Origin: the human T2T-CHM13v2.0 reference genome, Homo sapiens
Assembly: GCF_009914755.1 (NCBI RefSeq)
Contig: NC_060925.1
DNA: 64,000 nucleotides
Reading direction: 5' to 3' (one strand)
A program made the translations under genes and the position numbers. The notes under the pieces were generated by a model. That model worked only from the letters and a program-made list of their open reading frames with translations. It did not search any database and was not told where the DNA came from. Below are positions 41,240-54,092 of the stretch, piece by piece; position 1 is the stretch's first letter; each line of letters begins with the position of its first letter.

Positions 41240-43530
41240 TTCTTTCTTTCTTTTTGAGGGGGAGTAAATGTTTTATTCTTTCTATTAAATTCCAGTACTA
41301 CAGAAGAGGTAAAATAATAATATACTGGAAAAATGCAGCAATAAACATGTGTTTAAAAGACTGATATAATAAATAAAACACTTTAAAAAATCACAAACCC
41401 ATTCTGAATGCCCAAGAAGTCCTGGAATACAGAAATGGCTTCCTCCTTCACTATTTCTCAAGAAGAATTGCAGGCTATTTGCTTCAGATTGTCCTGGAAT
41501 TACATTCTCAATTTGTAATAACTGGTTATGTACTGGTTGTAGCACACAATTAAAATCACACTAACTTCCTCTGCATTGTCATTCTAGTTTTATTTACACA
41601 ACGAGCGAAGGATAAGTTTTAGAATATCCCCCTTTAATCCTTTTCAAACATATTAAAATAAGGAGCCAAAACTGTATTAATATAGGTAGCAAAGGTCCAC
41701 ATTAAGTGGTGCTGAAATCGGGGAAATGTCCCAAACCAGTTGCTAGGGCCTGAGAGTGGTTGCCATTGTCAAAAGCTTGCAAAAACCTGTATTCACCGAG
41801 GGATCCTGGCATTGTGTCAGGACAAAATTGGGACCCTTTGCAATAAGTCAGCAGGAATAAGGCAACGGCAAATGCAGAATGTGTGAGTCATGAAACTTAA
41901 GAGCCAGCGCCAGAGCGTCACATTATTTCCCCAAGCGTGAACTTCACAAATGCCTTATCCTGTTCTGCCAGTTTTGTGTTTGATTTCTTCATGCTCCTCT
42001 CGAATTTTCTCATCACATTCTTTCAGAAAACGTTCACAGACCTACTCATCCTGCCCTAACAAGGCCTGTCTTTATTTAATGGTGAGGATGTTATAGATGA
42101 AGTCCTTTGAGGAGAAATGCATGTGACCGTGCATCAGAAGTACGAGGTGGATCTGTCGGTTGGAAACTAGTTTCTAAAACGCCTTCTGTTCCGCATGCGT
42201 TTATTCTCTTCTTCTGCACAGAATTTGCTCCGTGGTGAGCCTGGAGATGTCTCTGGATGGGGACAGCTCCATTCCCAGCTACTTCTGCGGGGCTGGTGGC
42301 GCAGAGATGGGCGCAAAGGCTGAAAGTCGCAAGTCCTGTGCTTCTGGAGTTCAAATGCTTCCTTTCCAGCGGGTCTCCTTGCGCCATGGGGCCGTGCTGG
42401 GGTGAATCTGGGGAAAACAACAGGAGAGGGAGGCCAGGGAACGCAGGGATGGAGGGAGCCTAACCACGGACTCAGACGGAGCCAGGCGGGTCGCGGGTGC
42501 TGGAGCCGCCTGAGGACTGGAACCCCCTGAGGACTGGAGCCCCCAGAGGACTGGAGCCGCCTGAGGACTGGAGCCGCCCTGAGGACAGGAGCCGCCCTGA
42601 GGACAGGAGCCGCCCTGAGGACTGGAGCCGCCCTGAGGACTGGAGCCGCCCTGAGGACTGGAGCCCCCTGAGGACTGGAGCCGCCTGAGGACTGGAGCCG
42701 CCTGAGGACTGGAGCCCCCTGAGGACTGGAGCCGCCCTGAGGACTGGAGCCGCCTGAGGACTGGAACCCCCTGAGGACTGGAGCCGCCCTGAGGACAGGA
42801 GCCGCCTGAGGACTGGAACCCCCTGAGGACTGGAGCCGCCCTGAGGACAGGAGCCGCCTGAGGACTGGAGCCGCCTGAGGACTGGAGCCCCCTGAGGACT
42901 GGAGCCGCCCTGAGGACAGGAGCCGCCTGAGGACTGGAGCCGCCTGAGGACTGGAACCCCCTGAGGACTGGAGCCGCCCTGAGGACTGGAGCCGCCTGAG
43001 GACTGGAGCCGCCTGAGGACTGGAGCCCCCTGAGGACTGGAGCCGCCTGAGGACTGGAACCCCCTGAGGACTGGAGCCCCCTGAGGACTGGAGCCGCCTG
43101 AGGACTGGAGCCGCCTGAGGACTGGATACCCCTGAGGACTGGAGCCGCCTGAGGACTGGAGCCGCCTGAGGACTGGATACCCCTGAGGACTGGAGCCCCC
43201 TGAGGACTGGAACCCCCTGAGGACTGGAGCCCCCTGAGGACAGGAGCCGCCCTGAGGACTAGAGCCCCCTGAGGACTGGAGCCCCCTGAGGACTGGAGCC
43301 GCCTGAGGACTGGAACCCCCTGAGGACTGGAGCCCCCTGAGGACTGGAGCCGCCTGAGGACTGGAGCCGCCTGAGGACTGGATACCCCTGAGGATTGGAG
43401 CCACCTGAGGACTGGAGCTGCCTGAGGACTGGAGCCCCCTGAGGACTGGAGCCGCCGCGATTGCATCCACTGCAGGGACAGTGGCCAGGGCCGGCCCCGA
43501 GGCCTAATCAGGAGGGGCAGCACGACACGG
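41240..43530 (-). pseudogene. AKIRIN2 processed pseudogene (retrocopy with 5' UTR, CDS remnant 41888-42387, 3' UTR, poly(A) remnant)
   Basis: Minus-strand frames give PQK*LGMELSP, RLTTEQIL, LETSFQPTDP..SDA..HAFLL and TKLAEQDKAFVKFT, matching AKIRIN2; intronless and frameshifted; AATAAA at 41272-41277, T-run 41240-41255, degenerate TSD gtgctctcacttcttt / gggctctttatgtcttt. Confidence 0.88.
42500..43456. repeat. GC-rich minisatellite, 17/18-bp unit CTGGA(GCCG/GCCC/ACCC/TACC)CC(C)TGAGGA, about 55 copies
   Basis: Directly visible tandem array with variant repeat types. Confidence 0.97.
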
Positions 43531-43959
43531 GGCTCTTTATGTCTTTAATGTCTGTATTTATAAATAAAAAGTACGTTTTTGTAAGATTTGCTCTTTCTTT
43601 CAGAAATCTCGGTGGACTTCTTCCATGTTGAAATATGTAGCCACATGTAGCTGTACCTTTTTCAGTTTTAGTAAATTACAACCTATTTCTTCTTTTGTTG
43701 GAAAATTAAAAGCAATGCTATTTCTTGGGTTCATGTTTTCCTTCAAATATATGCTCAAGTCTATCCAGAACATAAATGAAAGGTGGAATTATGGTGAAAA
43801 AGAACTTTCATGTATGAATTTTACAAAATTTCCAAATTTCTCTCCAACTGTAATAATTTACATTGTCAACAGGAAGATATTTAAATTTCTTTTGCTCTTT
43901 ATGCTTAACCAAATGTAGCTATTGATACACTTTTGAATTTTTTGGTCTACCACCTGAAT

Positions 43960-44135
43960 ATTGTTACCACATAATAAAGTGTACCCAATTAAATTTGAAT
44001 TTAAGATGAACAATGAACATAATATTCTGTTCAGTGTGGATTTGCAGGAAACTTGTACTAATAAATTTTTGTTATTTATCTGATATTCAAATTTTATATT
44101 GTCCTGTGTCTTGATTTGCTTAATTTGACCATCTA
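43960..44135. mobile_element. MER53-like palindromic hAT MITE
   Basis: cccaattaaatttgaatttaagatgaacaatgaa ... ttgttatttatctgatattcaaattt inverted arms. Confidence 0.6.
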
Positions 44136-44924
44136 GCAAACCTGACTCTGGATGTCAACTACTCAAGAATAATTGTTAGTGTTTTCTCAGTTGTTTTCTG
44201 TTATATCATAAGGACCTAAAACAGGGACTTGGCACATCTTTTGGGTATATAGTGTTTACTGACATTGTTGTAAGTAATTGTACCTTTATAATTTTAATTT
44301 ATTTGTTGACATAAAAAACAAAACTGCAGTTATTACGTTGATTTTGTATCTAGCAACATTACTAAATTTAATTGATAATTTTATTATCTTTAGCAGTATT
44401 TTTTTTGCATCTTACTAGAAATTCAAACCCAGATCAACTGATGGTCTTCAATTTTCCAAATTCTAGTGGCTAAAATGTAAACTGCTTCTTTGTAATATGG
44501 AAAGTGTAATTTTTATTTTATATCAAACAAGCCCTTTTTTCAGGTATTATGTAGTTTTAAGGCTTTTTTGGAAACATTCTCAAAGTTATTCCAAAGTTGC
44601 AATAACAACACAAATTTTTCTCCTCAGAATCATTTGAGATTTAAACCAGCACTCTTTAATATCTTAGTGGCTTTCCTACAAATAGAGATTTTTCTCCTAC
44701 ATAAACAAATAAAACTGCCCAAATAATGAAGTTACCATGGATACATTACTCCCATCTAGTCTACAGACCCTACTAAAATTTTGCCAAATATCCCAATAAT
44801 ACCTTTCATATAGCAAAAGAATCAAAGTCAGATGATGAGTTGCCTTTCTTAGTTATGCCTCTTAAATGTTCTTTACTCAGGAAAAGTACCTGAGTCTTTC
44901 TTTATTGAGATACTGTTTTTTAGT

Positions 44925-46830
44925 TTTTTACTTTGTTTTAATTTCTGTAAAATATACATAACATAGAAGAATCTTAATTATTTTCAAGTGTACAGTTCAG
45001 TAATGTGACGTACATTCACATGGCTGTACAACCAATCTCCAGATATTTTTCATTTTCTACAGCATGGGTCTCCAACCCCCCAAGCCACAGAGGTGTGCTG
45101 GTCCATGGCCTGTTAGGAACCAGGCCGCACAGCAGGAAGTCAGCAGAAAGTGAGCATTGCCGCGTGCCCTCTGCCTCCTGTCAGATCAATAGCAGCATTA
45201 GACTCTCATAGGAGACTGAACCCTATTATGAACTGTGCATGATCAGGATCTAGGTTCTGGGATCCTTATGAGAAGGTAACTAATGCCTGATGATTTAAGG
45301 TGAAACAATTTCATCCCAAAACTGTTTCCCCACAACCCCTGCCCAATCAGTGGAAAAATGTCTTCCATGAAACCACTCTCCGGTGCCAAAAAGGTTGGGG
45401 ACTGCTGGTACTTGGCATTAAACTGTACCTGCTGAACAAAAACTACACGATTACTTTCTTTCCTTAGCCTTTGGCAACCACCATTCTACTATCTGTTGTT
45501 ATAAATTCGAGGTTCTCTAGAGGTATCTCATCTAAGTGAAATCATACAGAATTTAACCTTTTGTGACTGGCTTATCCCACTTAGGATAATAGCCTCAAAG
45601 TTTATCCACGTATATACTTGTATGTATCACAATTTCATTTCTAAGGCTGACATTATTCCACTGTATGCATATACCATATTTTGTTTATCCATTAATTTTT
45701 TGATGAACACTTGGGCTGTTTCCACCATTTGGCTATTGAAAATAACGTTGCCATAAACATGAGTGTACAAATATCTTTTTAAATCCCTCTTTACAAATTT
45801 TTGGAGTATACCCCAGAAGTGAAATTGTTGGTTCGTATGAAAATTCTGTAATATTTTTAACTTTTTAAGTATAGTATTTTTAACTTTTCATACACCAGTT
45901 TGCCATTTGTGTGTCTTCTTTGGAGAAAGCCTATTCCAATCTTTTGCCCATTTTAAAAATGAATTGTTAGACTTTTTCTAATTGTCTAATAATTATTAGA
46001 CAATTAGAGTTGTTTGAGCCCCTTATATATTCTGGGTACTAATTTCTTGTTAGATGGGTGGTTTTAAAATATTTTCTCCCAGGCATGTGGATTGTCTCTT
46101 TACTTTGTTGATTGTTTTCTTTGTTCTGCAGATGCTTTTTAACTTAATCTGATTCCATTTGTCCACCTTTGCTTTGATTGCCTGTTCCTGCAGTGAATTG
46201 CTCAAGAAATCTTTGCCTAGTCCAATGTCCTGGAGCATTTCCTGAATGTTTTCTGTTAGTAGTTTCATAGTTTGAGGTTGTAGATTAAAGTATTTAAAAC
46301 AATTTTATTTTTGTATAAGCCAAGAAATAGTTGTCTAGTTTCATTTTTCTTCATAAGGATATTCAGTTTTCCCAGCACCATTTCATCGAACAGACTGAAT
46401 ATTCCCAATATATGTTCTTGGCATCTTTGTCAAAAATGAGTTCCCTGTATGGATTCGTTTCTTGGTAATCTCTTCCATTCCATTAGTCTATGTGTTTGTT
46501 TTTAACATCAGTATCATGTTGTTTTGGTTACTATTGTTCCTTAGTATAATTTTAACTCAGGCACTATGATTCCTTCAGTTTTTTTCTTTTTGCTCAAAAT
46601 TGCTTTAGGTATTCTAGGTCTTTTAGGATTCCATATGCATTTTAGAATTTTTTTATTTTTTTGAAGAATGTTATTGGTATTTTGATAGAGATGAGTTTGA
46701 ATCTGTAAATTGCTTTGGGTAGCACGGACATTTTAACAGTATTGATTCTTCAGATCCATCAACAAGGAATATTTTTACTTTTTTGTGTCATACTCAATTT
46801 ATTGAACCAATGTTTTACTGTTATTATTGT
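44925..46830 (-). mobile_element. L1MA-type 3' region, antisense, interrupted by MER1B
   Basis: tttcaagtgtacagttcagt, ggcaaccaccattctact; ORF 46050-46268 resembles ORF2 (DIGLGKDF). Confidence 0.7.
45063..45407 (+). mobile_element. MER1B DNA transposon
   Basis: catgggtctccaacccc ... ggcctgttaggaacc ... ggtgccaaaaaggttggggactgctg TIR-like ends. Confidence 0.85.
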
Positions 46831-46839
46831 AGAAGTATA

Positions 46840-47515
46840 TCTGTTTTAATGATTGATGTTGGTCAGTTGTACCTGAATTCCAAAGGGAGAAGGCTATAAG
46901 CCATGAGGCAAGTTCAGCCTCCACCCTCTTTCCATTACAGCCTGAACTACAATGTAAGGTTTACTTTGGAATGTCTTTGGCTGAGAGGAAGATTCGTCAG
47001 TCAGCTGGAGGCTTAGAATTTTATTTTTGGTTTACACTCTTCTTTTAAACCATACTTAGGTTGGACCACTTGTAGTTTGAAAGATAAAAACTGAAGAGAC
47101 AGGCTTTAGTGAAAGAAAAGTTACCTTTATTTGAGAAGCCAACAACCTAGAGGAGCCATTAAACTAGCATTCAAACACTGCCTTTCTGAGTTGTGCCTCT
47201 GGTTCAGGAGTTTTAGGAGAAATTAGGGGAAATGATAAAGACATTATTGTAAAATGTGTACAGTCTCAAAAAGGCAGCTAATTATTGCTTTCTTGTCAAT
47301 GCTTTCTGACCTTCCGTAGGCACCTTCAAGTTATTCTTATTTGGCTGGCTGGCCCATTTTTAGTGTTGCTGGTTGATGTATTTTCTTTTATCTCTGTTGA
47401 ATGTCATGTTTTCCTGAGGCTGTTTTTAATGAATAACTTCTAAACTCAAGCAAAGCAATAATTGACTTTTCACAAGCAATAATTGAGTTTTGCATGACTT
47501 TTGCTAATAGTAACA
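46840..47515 (-). mobile_element. ERV1 (MER4-group-like) LTR fragments
   Basis: LTR-like termini cttagaattttatttttggtttaca (about 47036) and tgtagttt ... agtaaca (47071-47515); family uncertain. Confidence 0.4.
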
Positions 47516-47635
47516 CACAGGTTACTATTTGCACTTGATCCTCTCCTCTTCTATAGAGGTAAGACTAGGTGCTCTAGCAGTTCTCTATCTCATACCCCGC
47601 GAGCAATATTCAACTATCAACCCCTCAACCATGCT

Positions 47636-47706
47636 TTCTCAGAAAACTCCATTTAAAATTCTCAGAAAACTCCATTTAAAATTCTCAGAAAACTCCATTT
47701 AAAATT
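47636..47706. repeat. Perfect 3 x 23-bp tandem repeat
   Basis: ttctcagaaaactccatttaaaa at 47636, 47659 and 47682. Confidence 0.95.
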
Positions 47707-48119
47707 TCAAAACATAATGAGTTTTGTTTTCCTATCGTTTTATTTTTACAGTATTTTCACCTCCTAATATTCCATACAATTTACTCGTGCAACTTGATTT
47801 TTTGTACTTTGCTAGAGAAATATACTTAAAAACAAACTATTCTTAAAACCCAAAAAACCTCTTCATAAATTTAGAAGAAAAAGAAAACAATTTAATTTTT
47901 GAGTAAGTATTACAGGAAAATGTAATATGCATCACAGGCAACTCACCAAAGGGCTTACAAAGATAGAATGAAATCTGACTCTTTTTGATAGCTAACTCAA
48001 TATAACCCACTTCATACTTTAAATAGGTTTTATAATGTGGAGTTGGATGACAGCAGAAGTTAGACCAATGGTTCTTCCTATAACCTCAAAGATGGGGTTG
48101 TTACCTTCCTTTATTATAT

Positions 48120-51100
48120 TTCTTGACTTTTTAATAATCGCCATTCTGACTGGTGTGAGATGGTGTCTCGTTGTGATTTGCATTTCTCTAATAATCAGTG
48201 ATAATAAGCTATTTTACATATTTTTTGCATCCATAAATGTTTTCTTTTGAGAAGTGTTTGTTCATATCCTTTGCCCACTTTTTGATGAAGTTGTTTGTTT
48301 TTGTCTTTTAAATTTAAGTTCCTTATAGATTCTGGATATTAGACCTTTGTCAGATGGGTTGATTGCAAATTTTTCTCCCATTCTGTAGGTTGCTTGTTCA
48401 CTCTGATGCTAGTTTATTTTGTTGTGCAGAAGCTCTTCAGTTTAATTAGATCCCATTTGTCAAATTTTGGGTTTGTTGCAATTGCTTTTGGTGTTTTTGT
48501 CTAGAAGTCTTTGCCCATCTGTGTGTCCTAAATGGTATTGCTTAGGTTTTCTTCGAGTAAATTTATGGTTTTGGGTTTTATATTTAAGTCTTTAATCCAT
48601 CTTGTGTTAGTTTTTGTATAAGGTGTAAGGTGGGGGTCTAGTTTCAGTTTTCTGCACATGGCTAGCCAGTTTTCCCAGCAATATTTATTAGAAAGGGAAT
48701 AATTTCCCTATTGATTGTTTTTGTCAGATTTGTCAAAAATTAGATGGCTGTAGATATATGGTGTTATTTTTGAGGTCTCTGTTCTGTTCCATTCGTTTAT
48801 ATGTCTGTTTTGTTATTAGCACCATACTGTTTTGGTTACTGTAGCCTTGTAGTATAGTTTGAATTCAGGTAGCATAATGCCTTCAGCTTTGTTCTTTTTG
48901 TTTAGAATTGTCTTGGCTATATGGGCTAGTTTTTGGTTCCATATAAAATGTAAGGAAGTATTTTCTAATACTGTGAACAATGTCAATGGTAGTTTGAAGG
49001 GAATAGCATTAAATCTATAAATTACTCTGGGAAGTGTGGCCATTTTCATGATATTGATTCTTCCTATCCATAAGGATGGAATGTTTTTCCATTTCTTTGT
49101 GTCCTCTCTTATTTCCTTGAGCAGTAGTTTGTAGTTCTCCTTGAGAGGTCCTTCATATCCCTTGTTAGCTCTTTTCCTAGGTATTTTATTCTCTTTGTAG
49201 CAATTGAGAATGGAGTTAATTCATGAGTTGGCTCTCTGCTTGACTATTCTTGGTGCACAGGAATGTTTGTGTTTTTTGCACATTAATTTTGTATCCTGAG
49301 ACTTTGCTGAACTTACTTATCAGCATACAGAGTTTTTGGGCTGAGATGATGAGGTTTTCTAAATATAGAATCATGTCATCTGCAAAAATACAATTTGAAT
49401 TTCTCTCTTTTTATTTAAATATGCTTTTAAAAATATTTTCCCTGATTGCCCTGACCAGAACTTCCAGTACTGAATAGGAGTGGTGAGAGAGGTCATCCTT
49501 GTATTGTGCTGGTTTTCGAAGGGAATGCTTCCAGCTTTTGTGATTCAGTATAGTATTGCCTAAGGGTTTGTCACAAATAGCACTTATAATTTTGAATATG
49601 TTTTATCAATACCAAGTTTATTAAGAGTTTTTAACATAAAGGAATGTTGAATTGTATCGAAGAAATTTTATGCATCTATTGAGATAATAATGTGGTTTTT
49701 GTCCTTGGTTCTGTTTATGTGATGGGTTACATTTATTGATTTGCACATATTGAACCAGCCTTGCATCCCGGAGATGAAGCCAACTCTATTGCAGTGTATA
49801 ACCTTTTGATGTGCTGCTGGATTCAGTTTGTTAGTATTTTATTGAGGATTTTGACATTAATGTTCATCTGAGATACTGGCTTGAAGTTTTACTGGCTTGA
49901 AGTTTTCTTTTATTGTTTTGTCTCTGCCAGGTTGTGTTAGCAAGATGATGCTGACCTCATAAAATGAGTTAGGAAGGAGTCCCTCCTTTTCAATTATTTG
50001 GAATAGTTTCAGAAGGAATGGTACCAGCTCCTGTTTATACCACTAGTAGAATTTGGCTGTGAATCCTTCTGGTTCTGGGCTTTTTTTTTGGTTGGTAGGC
50101 TATTAATTACTGCCTCAATTTCAGAACTTCTTATTGGTTTCTTCAGGGATTTGACTTCTTCCTGGTTTAGTCTTGGGAGAATGTATGTGTCCAGGAATTT
50201 ACCCATTTCCTCATAGGTTTTCTAGTTTATTTTCATAGAAGCATTTATAGTATTCTCTGATGGTAGTTTGTATATCTGTGGGGCCATTGGTGATATCCTC
50301 TTTATCATTTTTTATTGTGTCTATTTGATTCTTCTCTCCTTTCTTCTTTATTAGTCTAGCCTGTGGTTTGTTTTGTTAATTTTTTCAAAAAAACTAGCTC
50401 CTGGATTCACTGATTTTTTGAAGGGTTTTTTTGTGTCTCTACCTCCTTCAGTTCTGTTCTGATCTTAGTTATTTCTTGTCTTCTGCTAACTTTCAGATTT
50501 GTTTGCTCTTGCTTCTCTACTTCTTTTAATTGTGACGTTAGGGTGTTGATTTGAGATCTTTCCAGCTTTATGATTGGGCATTTAGTGCTATAAATTTCCC
50601 TTTTAGCACTGCTTTAGCTGTGTCCCAGAGATTCTGACAAGTTGTCTCTTTGTTCTCATTGGTTACAAGGAATTTCTTGATTTCTGCATTACTTTTGTTA
50701 TTTAGCAGGAGTCATTGAGGAGCAGGTTATTCAATATCCATGAAACTGTGTGGTTTTGAGTGAGTTTCTGAATTCTGAGTTTTAGTTTAATTGAACTGTG
50801 GTCTGAAAGACTTCCACTCCTTTGCATTTGCTGAGGAGTGTTTTACTTCTAATTATGGTCAATTTTAGAATAAGTGCCCTGTGGCACTGAGAAGAATGTA
50901 AATTCCTTTGATGTGGGGTGGAGAGTTCTGTAGATGTCTGTTAGGTCCACTTGATTCAGAGCAGAGTTCAAATCCTGAATATCCTTGTTAATTTTCTGTC
51001 TTGTTGATCTGTCTAATATTGACAGTGGGGTGTTAAAGTGTCCTACTATTATTGTGTGGGAGCCTACGTTTCTTTGTAGGTCTCTTAAGAACTCGTTGTA

Positions 51101-53950
51101 TGACTCTGGGTGCTACTGTATTTGGTGCATCTATATTTAGAATAGTTAGCTCCTCTTGTTGAATTGATCACTTTACCATCATTTAATGACCTTCCTTTTC
51201 TTTTTTGATCATTGTCGGTTTAAAGTCTATTTTATCATAGAGTAGAATTGCAACTCCTGCTTTCCTTTGCTTTCCATTTGCTTGTTAAATTTTCCTCTAT
51301 CCCTTTATTTTGAGCCTATGTGTGTCTTTGTACGTGAGATGGATCTCCTGAATACAGCACAATGATGGGTCTTGATATTTTATCCAATTTGCCAGTTTGT
51401 GTCTTTTAATTGGGGATTCCACCCATTTACATTTAAGGCTAAAATTGTTATGTGTGAATTTGATCCCATCATCATGATGCTAGCTGGTTATTTTGCACAC
51501 TAGTTGATGCAGTTTCTTCATAGTATCATTGGTCATCATATTTTGCTGTGTTACTTCAGTGGCTGGTACCAGTTTTTCCTTTTCATATTTAGTGGTTCCT
51601 TTGGGACCTCTTGCAAGGCAGGCCTCGTGGTGATGAAATTTCTTACCATTTCCTTGAGTGGAAAGCATTTTATTTTTCCTTCGCTTATGAAGCTTAGTTT
51701 GGCTGGGTATGAAATTCTGGGTTGAAAATTCTTTTCTTTAAGTATGTTGAATATTGGCCCCCACTCTCTTCTGGCTTGTAGGGTTTCTGTTGAGATATCT
51801 GCTGTTAGTCTAATGGACTTCCCTTTGTAGGTGACCTGACCTTTCTCTCTGGCTGCCCTTAATAGTTTTTCCTTCATTTCAACCTTAGAGAAGCTGATGA
51901 TTATGTGTCTTGGGGTTGATCTTCTCAGGGAATATCTCAGTGGTGTTGTCTGTATTTCCTGAATTTGAATGTTGGCCTGTCTTGCTAGGTTGGGGGAAAT
52001 TCTCCTGGATAATATCCTGAAGTGTGTTTTCCAACTTCTCAATGTCTTGTGTGATTCATTCTCAATGACTTGTGTTTTTATATCATCCCATATTTCTCAG
52101 AGGTTTTTGTTTGTTTTTATCCTTTTTTCTCTAATCTTGTCTACATACTTTATGTCAGCAAGATGGTCTTCAAACTCTGATATCCTTTTTTTCTACTTCA
52201 TCTCTAAGCTTTGTCTTCATGCCTTATTTCAGTAAGTTGATCTTCAATCTCTGATATCCTTTCTTCTGTTTGATCAGTTCGGCTATTGATACTTGTGTGT
52301 GCTTCATGAAATTCTCATGCTGTGATTTCAGCTTCATCAGGTCATTTATGTTCCTCTCTAAACTGGTTATTTTAGTTAGCAACTACTCTTACTTTCTATC
52401 GGTTTCTTAGCCTTTTTTGCATTGGGTTAGAACATACTCCTTTAGCTCAGCGGAGTTTGTTATTACCTACCTTCTGAAGACCACTTCTGTCAATTCATTC
52501 ATCTCATTCTCAATACAGTTCTGTGCACTTGCTGGAGAGGTATCGCAATCATTTGGAGGAGAAGAGACATTCTGTCTTTTGGAATTTTCAGTGTTTTGTG
52601 CTGGTTTTTCCTCATCTTCATGGATTTATCTACCTTTGATCTTTGAGGCTGATCATCTTTGGTTAGGGTTTGTTGGGTTGGTATTTTTGTTGATGTTTTG
52701 GTTGCTGTTGCTTCCTGTCTGTTACTTTTCCTTCTAAGTCAGGCCCCTCTTCTGGAGGTCTGCTGCAGTTTGCTGGGGGTTCACTCCAGACCCTGTTTGC
52801 CTGGGTATCACCAGTGGAGGCTGTAGAATAGCAAAGATTGCTCCCTGCTCCTTCCTCTGGAAGCTTCATCCCAGAGGAGCACCAGCTTAATGCCAGCCAG
52901 AGCTCTCCTGTATGAGGTGTCTGCCACCCCCTATTGGGAGGTCTCTCCCAGTCAAGAGGCATCTGGTCAGGGGCCTGCCTGAGGAGGCCATCTGTCCCTT
53001 GGCAGAGCTGGTGCACTGTGCTGGGAGAACCCCCCTTGTCAGGATCAGCTGCTCTCTTCAGAGTTGGCAGGCAGGAAAGATTAAGTCCACTGAACCTGTG
53101 ACCACAGCCTTTCCTCCCCCCAGGTGCTCTGTGCCAGGAAGATGACAGTTCTGTCTGTAAGCCCCTGAATGGAGCTTCTGGATTTCCTGCAGAGGTGGCC
53201 TGCCCTGGGAGGAGAAATCTAGAGAAGCAGTCTGTCCACAGCTGCTTTGCTTTGCTGTGGTAAATTCCACTCAGTCCGAACCTCCCAGTTTCTTTAGAAC
53301 TATCAGGGTACAACTGCCTACTAAGCCACAGTAATGGCGACCTCCCCTCGCCCCCCTCCTCCACCTCCCACCAAACTCGATAGTCCCAGGCAGACTCCAG
53401 ACTGCGGTGCTGGCACTGAGAATTTCAAGCCAGTGGTTCTTAGTTTGCTGGGCTCCATGGGAGTAGGATTCGGTGAGCGAGATCACTTGGCTCACTGGCT
53501 TCAGCCCCCTTTCCAGGGGAGTGGACAGTTCTCCTGTCACACTGGAGTTCCAGGTGCCGCTGGAGTCTGAAAAATCTCCTGCAGCTCAGTGCCAGCTCAG
53601 ACAGCCACCCAGTTTTGTGCTCAAAACCCAGGGCCCTGGTGGAGTAGGCTCTCATGGAAATATCGTATTCTGCAGATTGCAAAAATTCACGGAAAAAGCA
53701 TAGTACCGCAGGCAGGCAGCACAGTCCATCACCTCTTTGCTTGGCTAGGGGAGGGAGGTCCCCTGGTTCTTTGCACTTCCTCGATGAAGCGATGCCCCAC
53801 TCTGCTTCTGCTCACTCTCTGTGGGTCGCACTCACTACCTAGCCAGCCCCAGTGAGATGAACTGGGGACCTCAGTTGGAAATGCAGAAATCACCCACCTT
53901 CTGCATTGGCCTTCCTGGGAGCTGTTTCTGCTCAGCCATCTTGGCCCCTC
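48120..53950 (-). mobile_element. L1PA7/8-like element with 5' UTR, ORF1 and most of ORF2, lacking its 3' end
   Basis: 5' start ggccaagatggctgagcagaaacagctcc at 53950; ORF1 fragment 51551-52042 ([17 protein letters not shown]); stops in the ORF2 C-terminal region with no 3' UTR or tail. Confidence 0.85.
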
Positions 53951-54092
53951 CTCCAGTATATTAACTTTTATTCCAAAGTGAGTTTTAAGAGGCTCAATAA
54001 AATTTTGAGTTTACACCTTGCAAAAAGATTTGTATGCTACCTGGATGCACAGCACAAAATTTATGATACTGAAAAAACAGAAAGCTTTATTG

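Noticed and set aside
42500-43456. CRISPR-like appearance (constant CCTGAGGACTGGA with variable linkers)
   Set aside because: Linkers are only 4-5 nt and recur, there are no cas genes, and the context is primate; it is a minisatellite.
43960-44135. Long imperfect palindrome as a possible miRNA or structured RNA gene
   Set aside because: Explained by a MER53-type MITE; no evidence of expression from sequence alone.
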